Origin: Klebsiella pneumoniae
GTDB taxonomy: Bacteria; Desulfobacterota; Binatia; UBA12015
Assembly (NCBI GenBank): GCA_945872365.1
Contig: CAMBZJ010000015.1
Location: 6,228 to 70,227 of the forward strand
Length of the DNA stretch: 64,000 bases
Direction of reading: 5' to 3'
Shown here piece after piece: positions 45,966 to 57,179 of this stretch (within the stretch, counting starts at the first letter, position 1; each line of letters starts with the position of its first letter). The position numbers were made by a program, and so were the translations under genes. The notes under the pieces were generated by a model, which had not been told where the DNA came from, did no database searches, and saw only the letters and a program-made list of their open reading frames with translations.

Positions 45966-46160
45966 GGCCCGACGACCCTAGCAGCCGGCGCGGGCAGCTT
46001 CCCGGGGCGCGGCGCGGCGGCGGAAGCGGATGCCGGGTGGGCGGATCGCCCCGCGACGTGTAGTCGACGATGCGGCGGGTCGGCCGTCGCCGGGCCCGGG
46101 TGGATCGACGTCGTGCGCCGGGAATCGACGGCGCTCGCCGGCCATCGAGGAGAAGCAGAC

Positions 46161-46865
46161 ATGGACGGGAAGCAGGTGTGCGTGGTCGTCGGCGTCGGCC
46201 CCGGCAACGGTGCGGCGCTGGCGCGCAGGTTTGCGGCCGAGGGCTGGGCAGTGGCCCTTCTCGCGCGGGGCGGTGCCACGAGCGACGCGCTCGCCGCGCG
46301 CCTGCCGGATGCGCGCGCCTTTACCTGCGACGTCACCGATCCCGACGCGATCGAGCGCGTCTTCGACGCGATCGCCCGCGAGATGGGGCCGGTACGGGCG
46401 CTGCTCTATAACGCCGACGTGGCCACCTGGGGCAACGTCGAGCAGGTCGATCCGGCGGCGCTCGAGCAGTCGTTCCGCGTGGGTACGCTCGGCTTGCTGC
46501 GCTGCGCGCAGAAGGTGATCCCGGGCATGAAGGCCCTGGGGGGCGGCAGCATCATCGTCATCGGCGCGACCGCTTCGCGCCGGGGCGTGGCGCGCACGGC
46601 CGGCTTCGCGCCTGCGAAGTCGGGTCAGCGCGCTCTCTGCGAGTCGATGGCACGACATCTCTGGCCTCGGCGTATTCACGTTGCGCTCGTCATCCTCGAC
46701 GGCGTGGTGGACCTCCCGAAGACGCGTGCGCTCATGGCGGACAAGCCCGACGAGTTCTTCCTCTCGCCCGACGCCGTGGCAGCTACGGCCTTCCACCTCG
46801 CGACGCAGGACCCCTCAGGCTGGTCCTTCGAGGTCGAGGCCCGCCCGTTCGGGGAGCCCTGGTAG
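46161..46865 (+). CDS. Short-chain dehydrogenase/reductase (SDR)
   Basis: ATG 46161 follows GAGGAG. VVVGVGPGNGAALARRFA cofactor site. Only the last 234 aa of ORF 43080..46865 are credible. Confidence 0.8.
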   Translation: MDGKQVCVVVGVGPGNGAALARRFAAEGWAVALLARGGATSDALAARLPDARAFTCDVTDPDAIERVFDAIAREMGPVRALLYNADVATWGNVEQVDPAALEQSFRVGTLGLLRCAQKVIPGMKALGGGSIIVIGATASRRGVARTAGFAPAKSGQRALCESMARHLWPRRIHVALVILDGVVDLPKTRALMADKPDEFFLSPDAVAATAFHLATQDPSGWSFEVEARPFGEPW

Positions 46866-46874
46866 GCTTTCGGG

Positions 46875-47630
46875 CTACTCGCGTTGCAGCATCGCTCGCA
46901 GGCGCGCGGCCGCAGTGCGGCCGACCACCAGCGTTTCGCCTTCGTCCTCGAAGACCAGCAGGGTTTCGTTCCGCGACTTCCAGGTCGTCGTGCGAATCGC
47001 CCTCGCCTGAACGATGAGCGATCGGCTGAGCCGCGCGAAGACCTCCTCGGGCAATTGCCCAGCCCACTTCGCGATGGGTAGGCGGAAGACGATCGGTTTT
47101 TCCCGACCCCTCAGGCGGATGCGCGTGTAATTTCCCATGCCCTCGACCCAGAGGATCTCCGACGTGGCGACCTGCGAATGCGCTCGCTGTCCGAGCGTGG
47201 GCAACCAGATCGTACCGTCCTCACCGCTCCGGGGGTGCGTCTCGTCCGCTTGCTCGCCGGCGCTGTCGTCCTTTGCCTCGATCAGGCGCAGAACCCGTTC
47301 GACGGCGGTATCGAGTCGGTCCGGATCGATCGGTTTCAGCAGGTAGTCGACCGCGCCCACGTCGAAGGCCGACACCGCGTATTGCGGGTAGGCGGTCGCG
47401 AAGATGACCTGGGTTCCGGCCGGCAGGTCGGGCACGAGTTCGAGGCCCGATCCCCCGGGCATCTCCATGTCGAGGAACACGATGTCGGGAGCCTCGGCTG
47501 CGATGAACACCCGGGCCTCGGCGACGTTGCGAGCCGCGCCGACGACCCGGACCGAGGCATGCTCGGCGAGCATCTGCTCGAGCCGTCGGTTGGCGCTGGC
47601 TTCGTCGTCCACGAGCAAGGCAGTGGGCAC
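46875..47630 (-). CDS. LytR/AlgR-family response regulator (REC + LytTR DNA-binding domain)
   Basis: GTG 47630. LLVDDE and DIVFLDMEMPG receiver motifs. C-terminal LytTR (ILWVEGMGNYTRIRL). Confidence 0.88.
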   Translation of the reverse strand: MPTALLVDDEASANRRLEQMLAEHASVRVVGAARNVAEARVFIAAEAPDIVFLDMEMPGGSGLELVPDLPAGTQVIFATAYPQYAVSAFDVGAVDYLLKPIDPDRLDTAVERVLRLIEAKDDSAGEQADETHPRSGEDGTIWLPTLGQRAHSQVATSEILWVEGMGNYTRIRLRGREKPIVFRLPIAKWAGQLPEEVFARLSRSLIVQARAIRTTTWKSRNETLLVFEDEGETLVVGRTAAARLRAMLQRE

Positions 47631-47642
47631 CGGTCGGCTCCT

Positions 47643-48548
47643 TCAGGCGTGCGCGTTCGACCGGCTACGTCTACCCGTCGCGGGGACGCGGACGACGAGG
47701 CGTACCTGCCCGTCCTCGGCCTCGACCCCGACGCTCGTCCGGTCGCCCAGCAGCAGGGTGAGTCGCTTGCGCAAGTTCTCTAGGCCGATACTGCTCGACC
47801 GCCCGTGGCCGGGCGCGACCCAGGAACCGGTGTTGGTGACCGCGATGACCAGCCAGTCCTGCTCGACGCGACAGGTCACCCGCACGACGAGTGGTCGGGG
47901 GCTCGTCCGGCCCCCGTACTCGAAGGCGTTCTCCAGCAGCGGCTGGATCGTCATCGGGGGGACGAGGACGGTCTGCGACTCCCGGTCGCACTCGATCTCG
48001 CAGACCAAGTCGTCGCCGAAGCGCGCCTGCTGCACCGAGAGGTACTTCTCCAGCGAGGCGATCTCCTCGGCGAGCGGCTCCAGTGGTTTCGACTTGCGCA
48101 GCGCGAGGCGCAGGTAGTCGGCCAGGTCCTGCGTCACCCGGACGACGGCCTCGGCGTCGCCGCTGCTCGCGGCCACGGCATTGAGCGCGTTGAAGAGAAA
48201 ATGCGGGTTCAGTTGCGACTCGAGGCGTTGCAACTCGCTCGCCCTCGCGGCTGCCTCGGCCTCGGCGGCCCGGGCTTCCGCCTGGGAGGCGCGCACCAGC
48301 GTCTCGAATTGGTTCTGGGCGATCTCCAGGGCGACGTAGAGCAGGTACCAGAGGATGGCCACCATGGCCCTGGCAAGGGGTGCGCCGCGATAGAGGCTGG
48401 TGAAGAAGAAGCGGGTCGATCCGAGCGCCACCACCGTGGACACGGCGAGCGCGGACCATCGCACCGCACGTCCGAGGCCCCGGAGCCAGGTGACGTAGAA
48501 GATGTGGACGACCGTCGTGGCGGCCGCCCCGACCAGCATGCGGTTCAA
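47643..48548 (-). CDS. LytS/YehU-type sensor histidine kinase (His_kinase + HATPase_c), as annotatable downstream of an in-frame TAG
   Basis: H-box LNPHFLFNALN, N-box PLLENAFEYG and G-box SIGLENLRKRL. TTG 48548 is the first start after the TAG at 48576-48578. Confidence 0.8.
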   Translation of the reverse strand: MNRMLVGAAATTVVHIFYVTWLRGLGRAVRWSALAVSTVVALGSTRFFFTSLYRGAPLARAMVAILWYLLYVALEIAQNQFETLVRASQAEARAAEAEAAARASELQRLESQLNPHFLFNALNAVAASSGDAEAVVRVTQDLADYLRLALRKSKPLEPLAEEIASLEKYLSVQQARFGDDLVCEIECDRESQTVLVPPMTIQPLLENAFEYGGRTSPRPLVVRVTCRVEQDWLVIAVTNTGSWVAPGHGRSSSIGLENLRKRLTLLLGDRTSVGVEAEDGQVRLVVRVPATGRRSRSNAHA

Positions 48549-48575
48549 GACGAGGTAGACCGGCGAGGGTGCCGC

Positions 48576-48827
48576 CTAGGGCATCGCCGCGACGTAGGGA
48601 AAGAACATCAGGCCGATGCCCAGCCAGTAGCCGAGCTGGAGACACCCGAAGACCAGGTTCCGCCGCCACCGGGGCCCCCGCCGGGCCTGTTCGGACTTCG
48701 AGAAATCGCGCGCTACTTCTTCCCCCGGGACGTCGCCGGGGAAGACCGGGCCGGCACCGACGGCTGCGGCGAGCGCCACCCTCGCCCCGGGTTCGCCCGC
48801 CACCACCGAATCTGCGGAAGTCATCAC
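48576..48827 (-). CDS. Possible N-terminal membrane segment of the same histidine kinase (same frame, ends at TAG)
   Basis: ...RWRRNLVFGCLQLGYWLGIGLMFFPYVAAMP* lies 27 nt upstream of, and in frame with, the kinase ORF. The joined length of about 395 aa would be typical for this kinase class. Confidence 0.4.
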   Translation of the reverse strand: MMTSADSVVAGEPGARVALAAAVGAGPVFPGDVPGEEVARDFSKSEQARRGPRWRRNLVFGCLQLGYWLGIGLMFFPYVAAMP

Positions 48828-48888
48828 GCCGCCCCGACTTCTCAGAGGCGGGTACTAGGTGCAAGGGCCGGGCAGGCCGGGACCACCT

Positions 48889-49950
48889 TCAACGCAGGCG
48901 GCTGCGTCCCGGACCCGGTGCGAAGTGGTCGAAACCGCTGCGCGAGGGCCCGTGCTCGCGCCCGTCCGGGCCGACGAGGCGGATGCCTCCCGCGGGCGCG
49001 GTGCAATGCCCGACGACCGCGAGTTCCACCCCGCAGGCCGCGGCGAGTTCGCCGAGTGCCGCGTCGTCGATCTCCGGCGGCAGGGCGGCGAGCAACTCGT
49101 AGTCCTCGCCGCCGTTCGCGGCGAAGTCGCTCCCGGCGCCGTCGCGCACCGCGACGGCGGCGAGGCGCGGCAAGCGCTCGCGCTCGACGACAGCGCCGAC
49201 GCCGCTCGCGGCGCAGAGGTGTCCGAGGTCGGCGAGCAGCCCGTCGCTCAGGTCGATCGCGGCATGGGCTCCCGCCCGCGCAAGCGCCCTTCCGGCAGCG
49301 AGGCGGGCCTGCGGCCGGGCGAAGCGTTGGCGCAGGGCGACCGAGGGTTCACCCCCGTCGAGCCACACGTCCACGGCGGCGGCCGCACCGCCGAGCGTCC
49401 CGGTGACGACCAGCCGGTCGCCCGGACGCGCGCCACGGCGTTCCAGCGCTGGCCCCTCGAGCGCGCCGACGGCGGTCACGGTGAGCGACAGGGCGTCGCC
49501 GCGCGAGAGATTGCCGCCGATCATCGCGGCGCCCGACTCTGCGCTCGCCGCCGCGCAGCCGTCGAGGATCCGGTCGAGTTCCGCGGTCGTGACGCCGGGC
49601 GGAACGATCGCGGCGACCAGCGTCCATCGCGGCGTTGCCCCCATCGCGGCGAGATCGCTCAGGCTCACCGCGATCGCACGCGCGCCGATCTCCTCGGGCG
49701 AGAGCCAGCCTTGGCGGAAGTGGATGCCCTCGACGATCGCGTCGGTGGTCAGCGCGAGCGGCTCGACGCCGGGAAGCACCACCGCGGCGTCGTCGCCGGG
49801 GCCGACCGCGATTCTGGACGGGTGACCCCCGGCAGGTTCTCCCGGGCCCGAGGTCCCCGTGGATTCCGTTGCCCGCAGGCGCGCGCACAGCCGGTCGAGA
49901 AAGGCGTGCTCGCTCGTCTGTGCGGGCGTCCGGTTCGCACCGTCAGCCAA
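48889..49950 (-). CDS. thiL: Thiamine-monophosphate kinase
   Basis: EHAFLDRL..., [28 protein letters not shown] and EDYELL. The start is tentatively TTG 49950, overlapping the dnaJ end by 8 nt. ATG 49989 is also in frame. Confidence 0.82.
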   Translation of the reverse strand: MADGANRTPAQTSEHAFLDRLCARLRATESTGTSGPGEPAGGHPSRIAVGPGDDAAVVLPGVEPLALTTDAIVEGIHFRQGWLSPEEIGARAIAVSLSDLAAMGATPRWTLVAAIVPPGVTTAELDRILDGCAAASAESGAAMIGGNLSRGDALSLTVTAVGALEGPALERRGARPGDRLVVTGTLGGAAAAVDVWLDGGEPSVALRQRFARPQARLAAGRALARAGAHAAIDLSDGLLADLGHLCAASGVGAVVERERLPRLAAVAVRDGAGSDFAANGGEDYELLAALPPEIDDAALGELAAACGVELAVVGHCTAPAGGIRLVGPDGREHGPSRSGFDHFAPGPGRSRLR

Positions 49951-51031
49951 ACTTCTCCCGAACCTTGTCGAAGAAGCCCTTGGGCGCATGGGTCTCGCCG
50001 GAAATGTCCGCGAGTTCCTCGAGCAGCTCGCGCTGGCGCGCGGTGAGCTTCTTCGGCGTCTGGACGACCACGCGCACTCGCTGGTCGCCGCGGCCGTAGC
50101 CGTGCAGGTCGGGGACACCCTTGCCGCGCAGTCGGAAGACGCTGCCCGACTCGGTACCTGGAGGCACCTTGAGTTTCACCGCCCCTTCGAGCGTCGGGAC
50201 GTCGATCTCGGCGCCGAGGGCCACCTGCGGGAAGCCGATGGGCACCTCGCAGAGCACGTCGTTGCCGTCTCGCTCGAAGCGCTCGTGCTCCCGCACGCTG
50301 ATGACGACGTAGAGGTCGCCCGCGCCGCCGGTCGCCGTCTCGCCCTCGCCCCGGAGCTTGAGCCGCGTGCCGCTGTCCACGCCCTGCGGCACCTTCACCT
50401 GCAGGCTGTGCTGCTTGCGGACGCGCCCGGCGCCGGAGCACCCGTCGCAGGGATCCTTCACCACCTGGCCGCGGCCGCCGCAGCTGCCGCAGGTCTTGGC
50501 GATCGAGAAGAAGCCCTGCTGGAAGCGCACCTGCCCGGCTCCTCGACAGGTCGAGCACTTCACCGGCGCCGCGCCGCCCTTGCCGCCGGTACCCTTGCAT
50601 TCCTCGCAGCCGATCGAGCGCGGGATCGCGATCGTCTGTTCGCAGCCGAAGGCCGCCTCCTCGAAGTCGAGTTCGAGCGTGTAGCTCAGGTCCTCGCCCC
50701 GACGGCGTCCGCCACGGCTGCGCCCGCCGCCGAAAAACTCGCCGAAGATGTCGGTGAAGATGTCCTCGAAGCCGCTCGCGCTGAAGTCGAACCCGGCGCC
50801 CGGGCCGTCGAACGCGGCGTGCCCGAAGCGATCGTACTTCGCGCGCTGCGCCGAGTCGGCGAGGATCCGGTAGGCTTCCGAGGCCTCGCGGAACTTCGCC
50901 TCCGCCTGCTTGTCGCCCGGGTTGCGATCGGGGTGGTGCTGGAGGGCCAGCTTGCGGAAGGCCTTCTTGATCGTGTCTTCGTCGACGTTGCGATCGACGC
51001 CGAGGATTTCGTACAGGTCGCGCTTCGACAT
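49943..51031 (-). CDS. dnaJ: Molecular chaperone DnaJ
   Basis: J domain DLYEILGV...HPDRNPGD and a G/F region. Four zinc motifs: [24 protein letters not shown] and CDGCSGAG. Confidence 0.95.
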   Translation of the reverse strand: MSKRDLYEILGVDRNVDEDTIKKAFRKLALQHHPDRNPGDKQAEAKFREASEAYRILADSAQRAKYDRFGHAAFDGPGAGFDFSASGFEDIFTDIFGEFFGGGRSRGGRRRGEDLSYTLELDFEEAAFGCEQTIAIPRSIGCEECKGTGGKGGAAPVKCSTCRGAGQVRFQQGFFSIAKTCGSCGGRGQVVKDPCDGCSGAGRVRKQHSLQVKVPQGVDSGTRLKLRGEGETATGGAGDLYVVISVREHERFERDGNDVLCEVPIGFPQVALGAEIDVPTLEGAVKLKVPPGTESGSVFRLRGKGVPDLHGYGRGDQRVRVVVQTPKKLTARQRELLEELADISGETHAPKGFFDKVREKFG

Positions 51032-51136
51032 CGATGGCCCCGCCGGGATTGTCGGTCAGACCGATCGGAAGATCAAGAAGCAACCGGCCCGGCACGGATT
51101 CCCCGCGCCGGGCCGGTCGTCACTCGACGGCCCCGA

Positions 51137-53053
<1,917 letters not shown>

Positions 53054-53162
53054 GTCTTCCTTTCCCGGACGCGTGTCGCCGCGGCTTCGCCACGGCCCGG
53101 CCCGGTGGCCCGGACGGCAGCGGCCTCCTCGGGTCCGCGCCAGCCTTTCTTGGAGTGCCCGG

Positions 53163-53190
53163 AGCCTAAGCACGATCCCCGGGGGTTCAA
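53163..53190 (-). promoter_or_regulatory. Candidate promoter of dnaK (shares motif with the grpE upstream region)
   Basis: The minus strand reads GTTGAAC-N14-CTTAGGC. This is the same architecture as upstream of grpE. Confidence 0.4.
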
Positions 53191-53203
53191 CCCGGAGAGG
53201 CGA

Positions 53204-53878
53204 TCAATTCCTGCGAGGGGTTGTCGTGCCGGGAGCCGGGGGGCGGGTCACGGTCACCTGAGCCGCACGCAGCAGGCGGTCGTGCAGCCGATAGCCGGCC
53301 GTGTGTTCCTCGACGATCGTACCCGACGGGTGTTCGTGGCTCTCGACCTGGGCCAGTGCCTCGTGGTGGGCCGGGTCGAAGGCCTCGTTGCGGGACGGAA
53401 CACGGGCGACGCCGTGTCGACCGAGGACGTCGGAGAACTGGGCGACGACCATCTCGACTCCGGTCAGCAGCGCGGCCAGAGGCCCCGAGGGGGCTCCGCC
53501 CTCGCGGGTCGCCGCCTCGCGCGCGGCCTTCAGTGCGCGCTCGAGATTGTCGATCACGCCCAGCAGGTCCCGCAGGACGGGTTCGGTCGCGTACCGCAGC
53601 GCCTCGGCCTTGTCCTTTTGGAGGCGCCGCTTAAAGTTCTCCAGTTCGGCGCGCTCGCGCAGGTACTGGTCCTGCAGCGTCAAGGCGGCGGAGTTCTGCT
53701 CGGCCACCTCGGCCTCGAGCCGGGCGATCCGCTCGATCGCTTCCTCGAGGCTGCGCGGCGCCGGCGAGGCGGCGTCCTCGCGCGGGCGGCCCGCCTCGAG
53801 ACCCGCCCCCTCTTCGGCCCCGGGGGCGCGTTCGCCGGTCGGCATGGGCCGCGGGGGTGGCTGGTGAGGGTCGCGCAT
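53204..53878 (-). CDS. grpE: Nucleotide exchange factor GrpE
   Basis: YLRERAELENFKRRLQKD, VIDNLERAL and a C-terminal beta domain (GYRLHDRLLRAAQVTV). 224 aa. Confidence 0.92.
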   Translation of the reverse strand: MRDPHQPPPRPMPTGERAPGAEEGAGLEAGRPREDAASPAPRSLEEAIERIARLEAEVAEQNSAALTLQDQYLRERAELENFKRRLQKDKAEALRYATEPVLRDLLGVIDNLERALKAAREAATREGGAPSGPLAALLTGVEMVVAQFSDVLGRHGVARVPSRNEAFDPAHHEALAQVESHEHPSGTIVEEHTAGYRLHDRLLRAAQVTVTRPPAPGTTTPRRN

Positions 53879-53910
53879 GGTGACGGTAGCCGCCCGAGGG
53901 CTGCGCCCGG

Positions 53911-53939
53911 GATCTAAGCACCGACCTTTTCAGTGTCAA
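53911..53939 (-). promoter_or_regulatory. Candidate promoter of grpE
   Basis: The minus strand reads GTTGACA-N15-CTTAGAT, about 30 nt upstream of the grpE ATG. TTGACA is a perfect -35 hexamer. Confidence 0.45.
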
Positions 53940-53962
53940 CGCTATCGGCTATCGCGTGGCGG

Positions 53963-54787
53963 GTGCAGGTGTTCTCGACCCCCGCCGTCGTTCTTCGCGG
54001 GGTCGACTACGGCGAGTCGGACCGGATCGTGACCTTTCTCACCCGGGACGCCGGCAAGATCTCGGGGATCGCCAAGGGGGCCAAGCGCTCCCAGCGCCGG
54101 TTCGCCGGGTCCCTCGGCCTGTTCTCGCTGGTCAACCTGCACTACCGGGTGCGACCCGGCGCCGAACTGGTCTTCCTCGAGCGCGCCCAGTTGCAGCGGC
54201 CGTGGAAGTCTCTCCTCGACTCGCTCGAACGCTACGCTGCAGCGAGCCACGTGGTCGAGATCGCCGACAAGATGACCGTCGAGCAGGAGGTCGGCGACGA
54301 TCTCTTCCACCTCGTCGTCGAGGCCCTGCGCCGCCTCGACGCGGCCGAGCCGGGTCCGGCCACCCTGCGCCTGTTCGAACTCGCGAGCCTCGCGGTCTGC
54401 GGCTACCGCGCCGAACTCTCGCGCTGCGTGCTCTGCCGCCGGCCGCTCGCGGCGGCGATGGTCGCGGCGCGTCTCGCCCCGGCCGCGGGGGGTGCTGCGT
54501 GCGGTGGCTGCGCCGAGCCGGAGGACGCCGGGGCGACGCTTTCCCCGGCGGCCCTCGATTGCCTCGGCCGCATGCAGGCGCAGGTCGCGCGCGCGACCGT
54601 GTCGGGCCGGCGTGACGCGACGGCGCTCTTCGTCGCGGAGGCGGAGATCGCGTCGGCACTGACACGCACCGTCGCGCGCGAACTCGGCGCGGCGCTCGCG
54701 GCGCTGCTCGCACCGCGCGTGCGCGGACGCCTGCTCGCGGCCGAGTTGCTCGGACCGGTCGTCGGTCGCGGTCTCGTCGGCGCCTGA
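53963..54787 (+). CDS. recO: DNA repair protein RecO
   Basis: GTG 53963 (VQVFSTPAVVLRGVDYGESDRIVTFLT) is a typical RecO OB-fold N-terminus. CVLCRRP...CGGC zinc-like motif. The ORF-track start 53933 is also possible. Confidence 0.8.
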   Translation: MQVFSTPAVVLRGVDYGESDRIVTFLTRDAGKISGIAKGAKRSQRRFAGSLGLFSLVNLHYRVRPGAELVFLERAQLQRPWKSLLDSLERYAAASHVVEIADKMTVEQEVGDDLFHLVVEALRRLDAAEPGPATLRLFELASLAVCGYRAELSRCVLCRRPLAAAMVAARLAPAAGGAACGGCAEPEDAGATLSPAALDCLGRMQAQVARATVSGRRDATALFVAEAEIASALTRTVARELGAALAALLAPRVRGRLLAAELLGPVVGRGLVGA

Positions 54788-54905
54788 ACCCGGTCCAACG
54801 GGGGGATGTCCGGTCGCGCCACCTCGCGGCTGACCGGCGTGCGTGGTAGCCGACGGGATGCGCGCCGCGGCAGTGGCGGGCGACTTCGAGAGGGGGCAGG
54901 GAGCG

Positions 54906-56285
54906 ATGTCCGACGCCACGAGCACGAACGCCCCGGAGGCAAAGAAGACCGCCGCCGGCGAGCCGCAGGGAAAGATGGAAAAGATCGTGAGCCTCGCCAA
55001 GCGGCGCGGCCTGGTCTTCCAGTCGAGCGAGATCTACGGCGGCCTCTCGAGCTGCTGGGACTACGGCCCGGTGGGCGTCGAGCTCAAGCGCAACGTGAAG
55101 GACGCCTGGTGGCGCGAGATGGTCTGGTCGCGCGGCGACGTACTCGGGCTCGACTGCTCGATTCTCATGCACCCGCGCGTCTGGGAGGCCTCCGGCCATG
55201 TCGCCGGCTTCAGCGACCCGCTGGTCGACTGCAAGAAGTGCAAGACGCGCTTCAGGGCCGACCACCTCGGCCAGCTCGCGTGCCCGGAGAAGCCCGACCG
55301 CCGTCCCGGCGAGTGTGGTGGCGAGCTCACCGAGGCAAGGCAATTCAACCTCATGTTCAAGACCTTCATGGGGCCGGTCGCCGAAGACGCGAACGTCGTC
55401 TTCATGCGTCCCGAGACGGCGCAGGGCATGTTCGTCAACTTCGGCAACGTGCTCGACACGCAGCGCCGCAAGCTGCCCTTCGGCATCGCGCAGACCGGCA
55501 AGTCGTTTCGCAACGAGATCACGCCGGGCAACTTCCTGTTCCGCACGCGCGAGTTCGAGCAGATGGAGATGGAGTTTTTCGTCAAGCCGGGGGACGATGC
55601 GCGCTGGTACGAGTACTGGAAGAAGGAGCGCTACGACTGGTACGTCCGGCTCGGCATCAAGCCCGAGAACCTTCGCCTGCGCGAGCACGAGAAGGACGAA
55701 CTCGCGCACTACGCGCGCGGTTGCGCCGACGTGGAGTACAAGTTTCCCTTCGGCTGGTCGGAGCTCGAGGGGATCGCGAACCGCGGTGACTTCGACCTCA
55801 GGCAGCACGCGGAGTGGAGCGGCAAGGACCTCTCGTACTTCGACGAGGAGAGCCGCGAGCGCTACGTGCCCAACGTGATCGAGCCGGCGGCGGGCGCCGA
55901 CCGCGCGACGCTCGCCTTCCTCGTCGACGCCTACGACGAGGACGAGGTCGAGGGCGAGACGCGCGTCGTGCTCCGCTTCCACCCGCGCCTCGCGCCGGTG
56001 AAGGCGGCGGTCTTCCCGCTGTTGCGCAAGGGCGGGCATCCCGAGAAGGCGCAGGAGATCCTCGCGAAGCTGCGGCCGCACTTCCCGGTGCAATACGACC
56101 AGGCCGGGTCGATCGGCCGGCGCTATCGCCGCCAAGACGAGATCGGCACGCCGTTCGGGATCACCGTGGATCACCAGACGATCGAGGACGGCACGGTTAC
56201 GCTGCGCGACCGCGACAAGACGACCCAGGAGCGGATCCACGAAAGCGACCTCGTCGCGGAACTGCTGCGACGGGTATGGGCCTGA
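54906..56285 (+). CDS. glyQS: Glycine--tRNA ligase (dimeric class II, GlyQS type)
   Basis: [48 protein letters not shown] and [10 protein letters not shown]. The start is 54906 or 54975. Confidence 0.92.
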   Translation: MSDATSTNAPEAKKTAAGEPQGKMEKIVSLAKRRGLVFQSSEIYGGLSSCWDYGPVGVELKRNVKDAWWREMVWSRGDVLGLDCSILMHPRVWEASGHVAGFSDPLVDCKKCKTRFRADHLGQLACPEKPDRRPGECGGELTEARQFNLMFKTFMGPVAEDANVVFMRPETAQGMFVNFGNVLDTQRRKLPFGIAQTGKSFRNEITPGNFLFRTREFEQMEMEFFVKPGDDARWYEYWKKERYDWYVRLGIKPENLRLREHEKDELAHYARGCADVEYKFPFGWSELEGIANRGDFDLRQHAEWSGKDLSYFDEESRERYVPNVIEPAAGADRATLAFLVDAYDEDEVEGETRVVLRFHPRLAPVKAAVFPLLRKGGHPEKAQEILAKLRPHFPVQYDQAGSIGRRYRRQDEIGTPFGITVDHQTIEDGTVTLRDRDKTTQERIHESDLVAELLRRVWA

Positions 56286-56367
56286 CCTCGAGCGAAAGGC
56301 GCGTCCCCCGCCGTCGAGCCGACGCCGGACCGGGGCCGTCGGTGCAGCGCGCCGTGCGGAGCGATTG

Positions 56368-56385
56368 ACCCCCGGGTCCGGGGGT
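56368..56385 (+). terminator. Small hairpin downstream of glyQS
   Basis: ACCCCC-GGGTCC-GGGGGT followed by TGT. The U tract is weak. Confidence 0.25.
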
Positions 56386-56399
56386 TGTACCGCCGGCGC

Positions 56400-57179
56400 A
56401 TGTTTCCGCGCGGGTCGCGGCCAGGTCCGCTCGCGACCGGCACCGGGTGGCTGTTGCGCGCTCGCCACGCCCGCCACGCCGCGTCGTTCCGCCGCGCGCG
56501 GCCGATTCCTTGGAGCCTCCTCCTCCTCCTGTCGTGCGCGCCCCCCGCGCAGGCGGGTAAAGCCGTGCCGCGCGTCTCCCTCCCCAACGGACTTTTTATT
56601 GACGGGAAGGGCGAGGCACCCTTCGGCTGGGGGCAGAATTTCTTCGACGGCAAGGCGACGCGCTTCTCGTGGACTCCGGGGGGGCCGGGCCCCGGCGTCG
56701 CGAGCCTGACGAACGATCGACCCAACGACGCCTCCTGGGTGCAGCGGGTCCGCGTGGCTCCTTCCACCTGGTACTTGGTCTCGGGCTGGGTGCGGGCGGA
56801 GGGAGTGGGCGAGCAGGGCGCGGGTGCGCGCCTCGGCATCCTGCGGTCGTTCCGCGAGTCCGAGCAGATGCACGACACGACGGACTGGCGTCACCTCTCG
56901 TTCTGGGTGCAGACCGACGAGTCCGAGACCGCGCTCGACGTCGCGTGCCGCCTCGGTGGCCCGTCCGCGCTGGCGCTGGGCACCGTACACTGCACGGGAC
57001 TCTCCATCGAGCCGGCCGGAACGCCGGATCTCGACGCCCGCTTCGTCTTTCCGAACGAGGCGCGCAGTGCTCAGACGAGACTCCTACAGATCGGCGGATC
57101 ATCCGCGATCGTTCTCGGAGGACTCCTGCTGCTCGCCTGGCGCTTCCTGCTGCCGGAGTCGGCGAGGATCCCGCGATGA
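56400..57179 (+). CDS. Secreted/anchored protein with galactose-binding-like (CBM4/9-type) jelly-roll and C-terminal TM
   Basis: Signal WSLLLLLSCAPPAQA. GWGQNFF...ASWVQRVRVAPSTWYLVSGWVRAEG...WRHLSFWVQT fits the CBM jelly-roll pattern. C-terminal anchor AIVLGGLLLLAWRFLL. The stop overlaps the next start (ATGA). Confidence 0.6.
   Translation: MFPRGSRPGPLATGTGWLLRARHARHAASFRRARPIPWSLLLLLSCAPPAQAGKAVPRVSLPNGLFIDGKGEAPFGWGQNFFDGKATRFSWTPGGPGPGVASLTNDRPNDASWVQRVRVAPSTWYLVSGWVRAEGVGEQGAGARLGILRSFRESEQMHDTTDWRHLSFWVQTDESETALDVACRLGGPSALALGTVHCTGLSIEPAGTPDLDARFVFPNEARSAQTRLLQIGGSSAIVLGGLLLLAWRFLLPESARIPR

Noticed and set aside
43080-46160. N-terminal about 1027 aa of the 1261-aa plus-strand ORF
   Set aside because: It is antisense to larC, the ABC1 kinase and larB. 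Only the last 234 aa (from ATG 46161, with an RBS) form a recognisable SDR.
48576-48578. TAG as a recoded (readthrough or Pyl) codon
   Set aside because: TAG terminates several well-defined genes in this window (pilQ, larC, the SDR at 46865). Nothing suggests an alternative genetic code.
53054-53945. CIRCE (HrcA operator) upstream of dnaK/grpE
   Set aside because: I looked for TTAGCACTC-N9-GAGTGCTAA. Only CTAAGCAC half-like strings occur, with no matching inverted arm.
54132-56990. 952-aa minus-strand ORF; likewise 59980-62199 (739 aa)
   Set aside because: They are antisense to recO/glyQS and to the ompA/TMTC-like genes respectively, with an Arg/Pro-rich composition.
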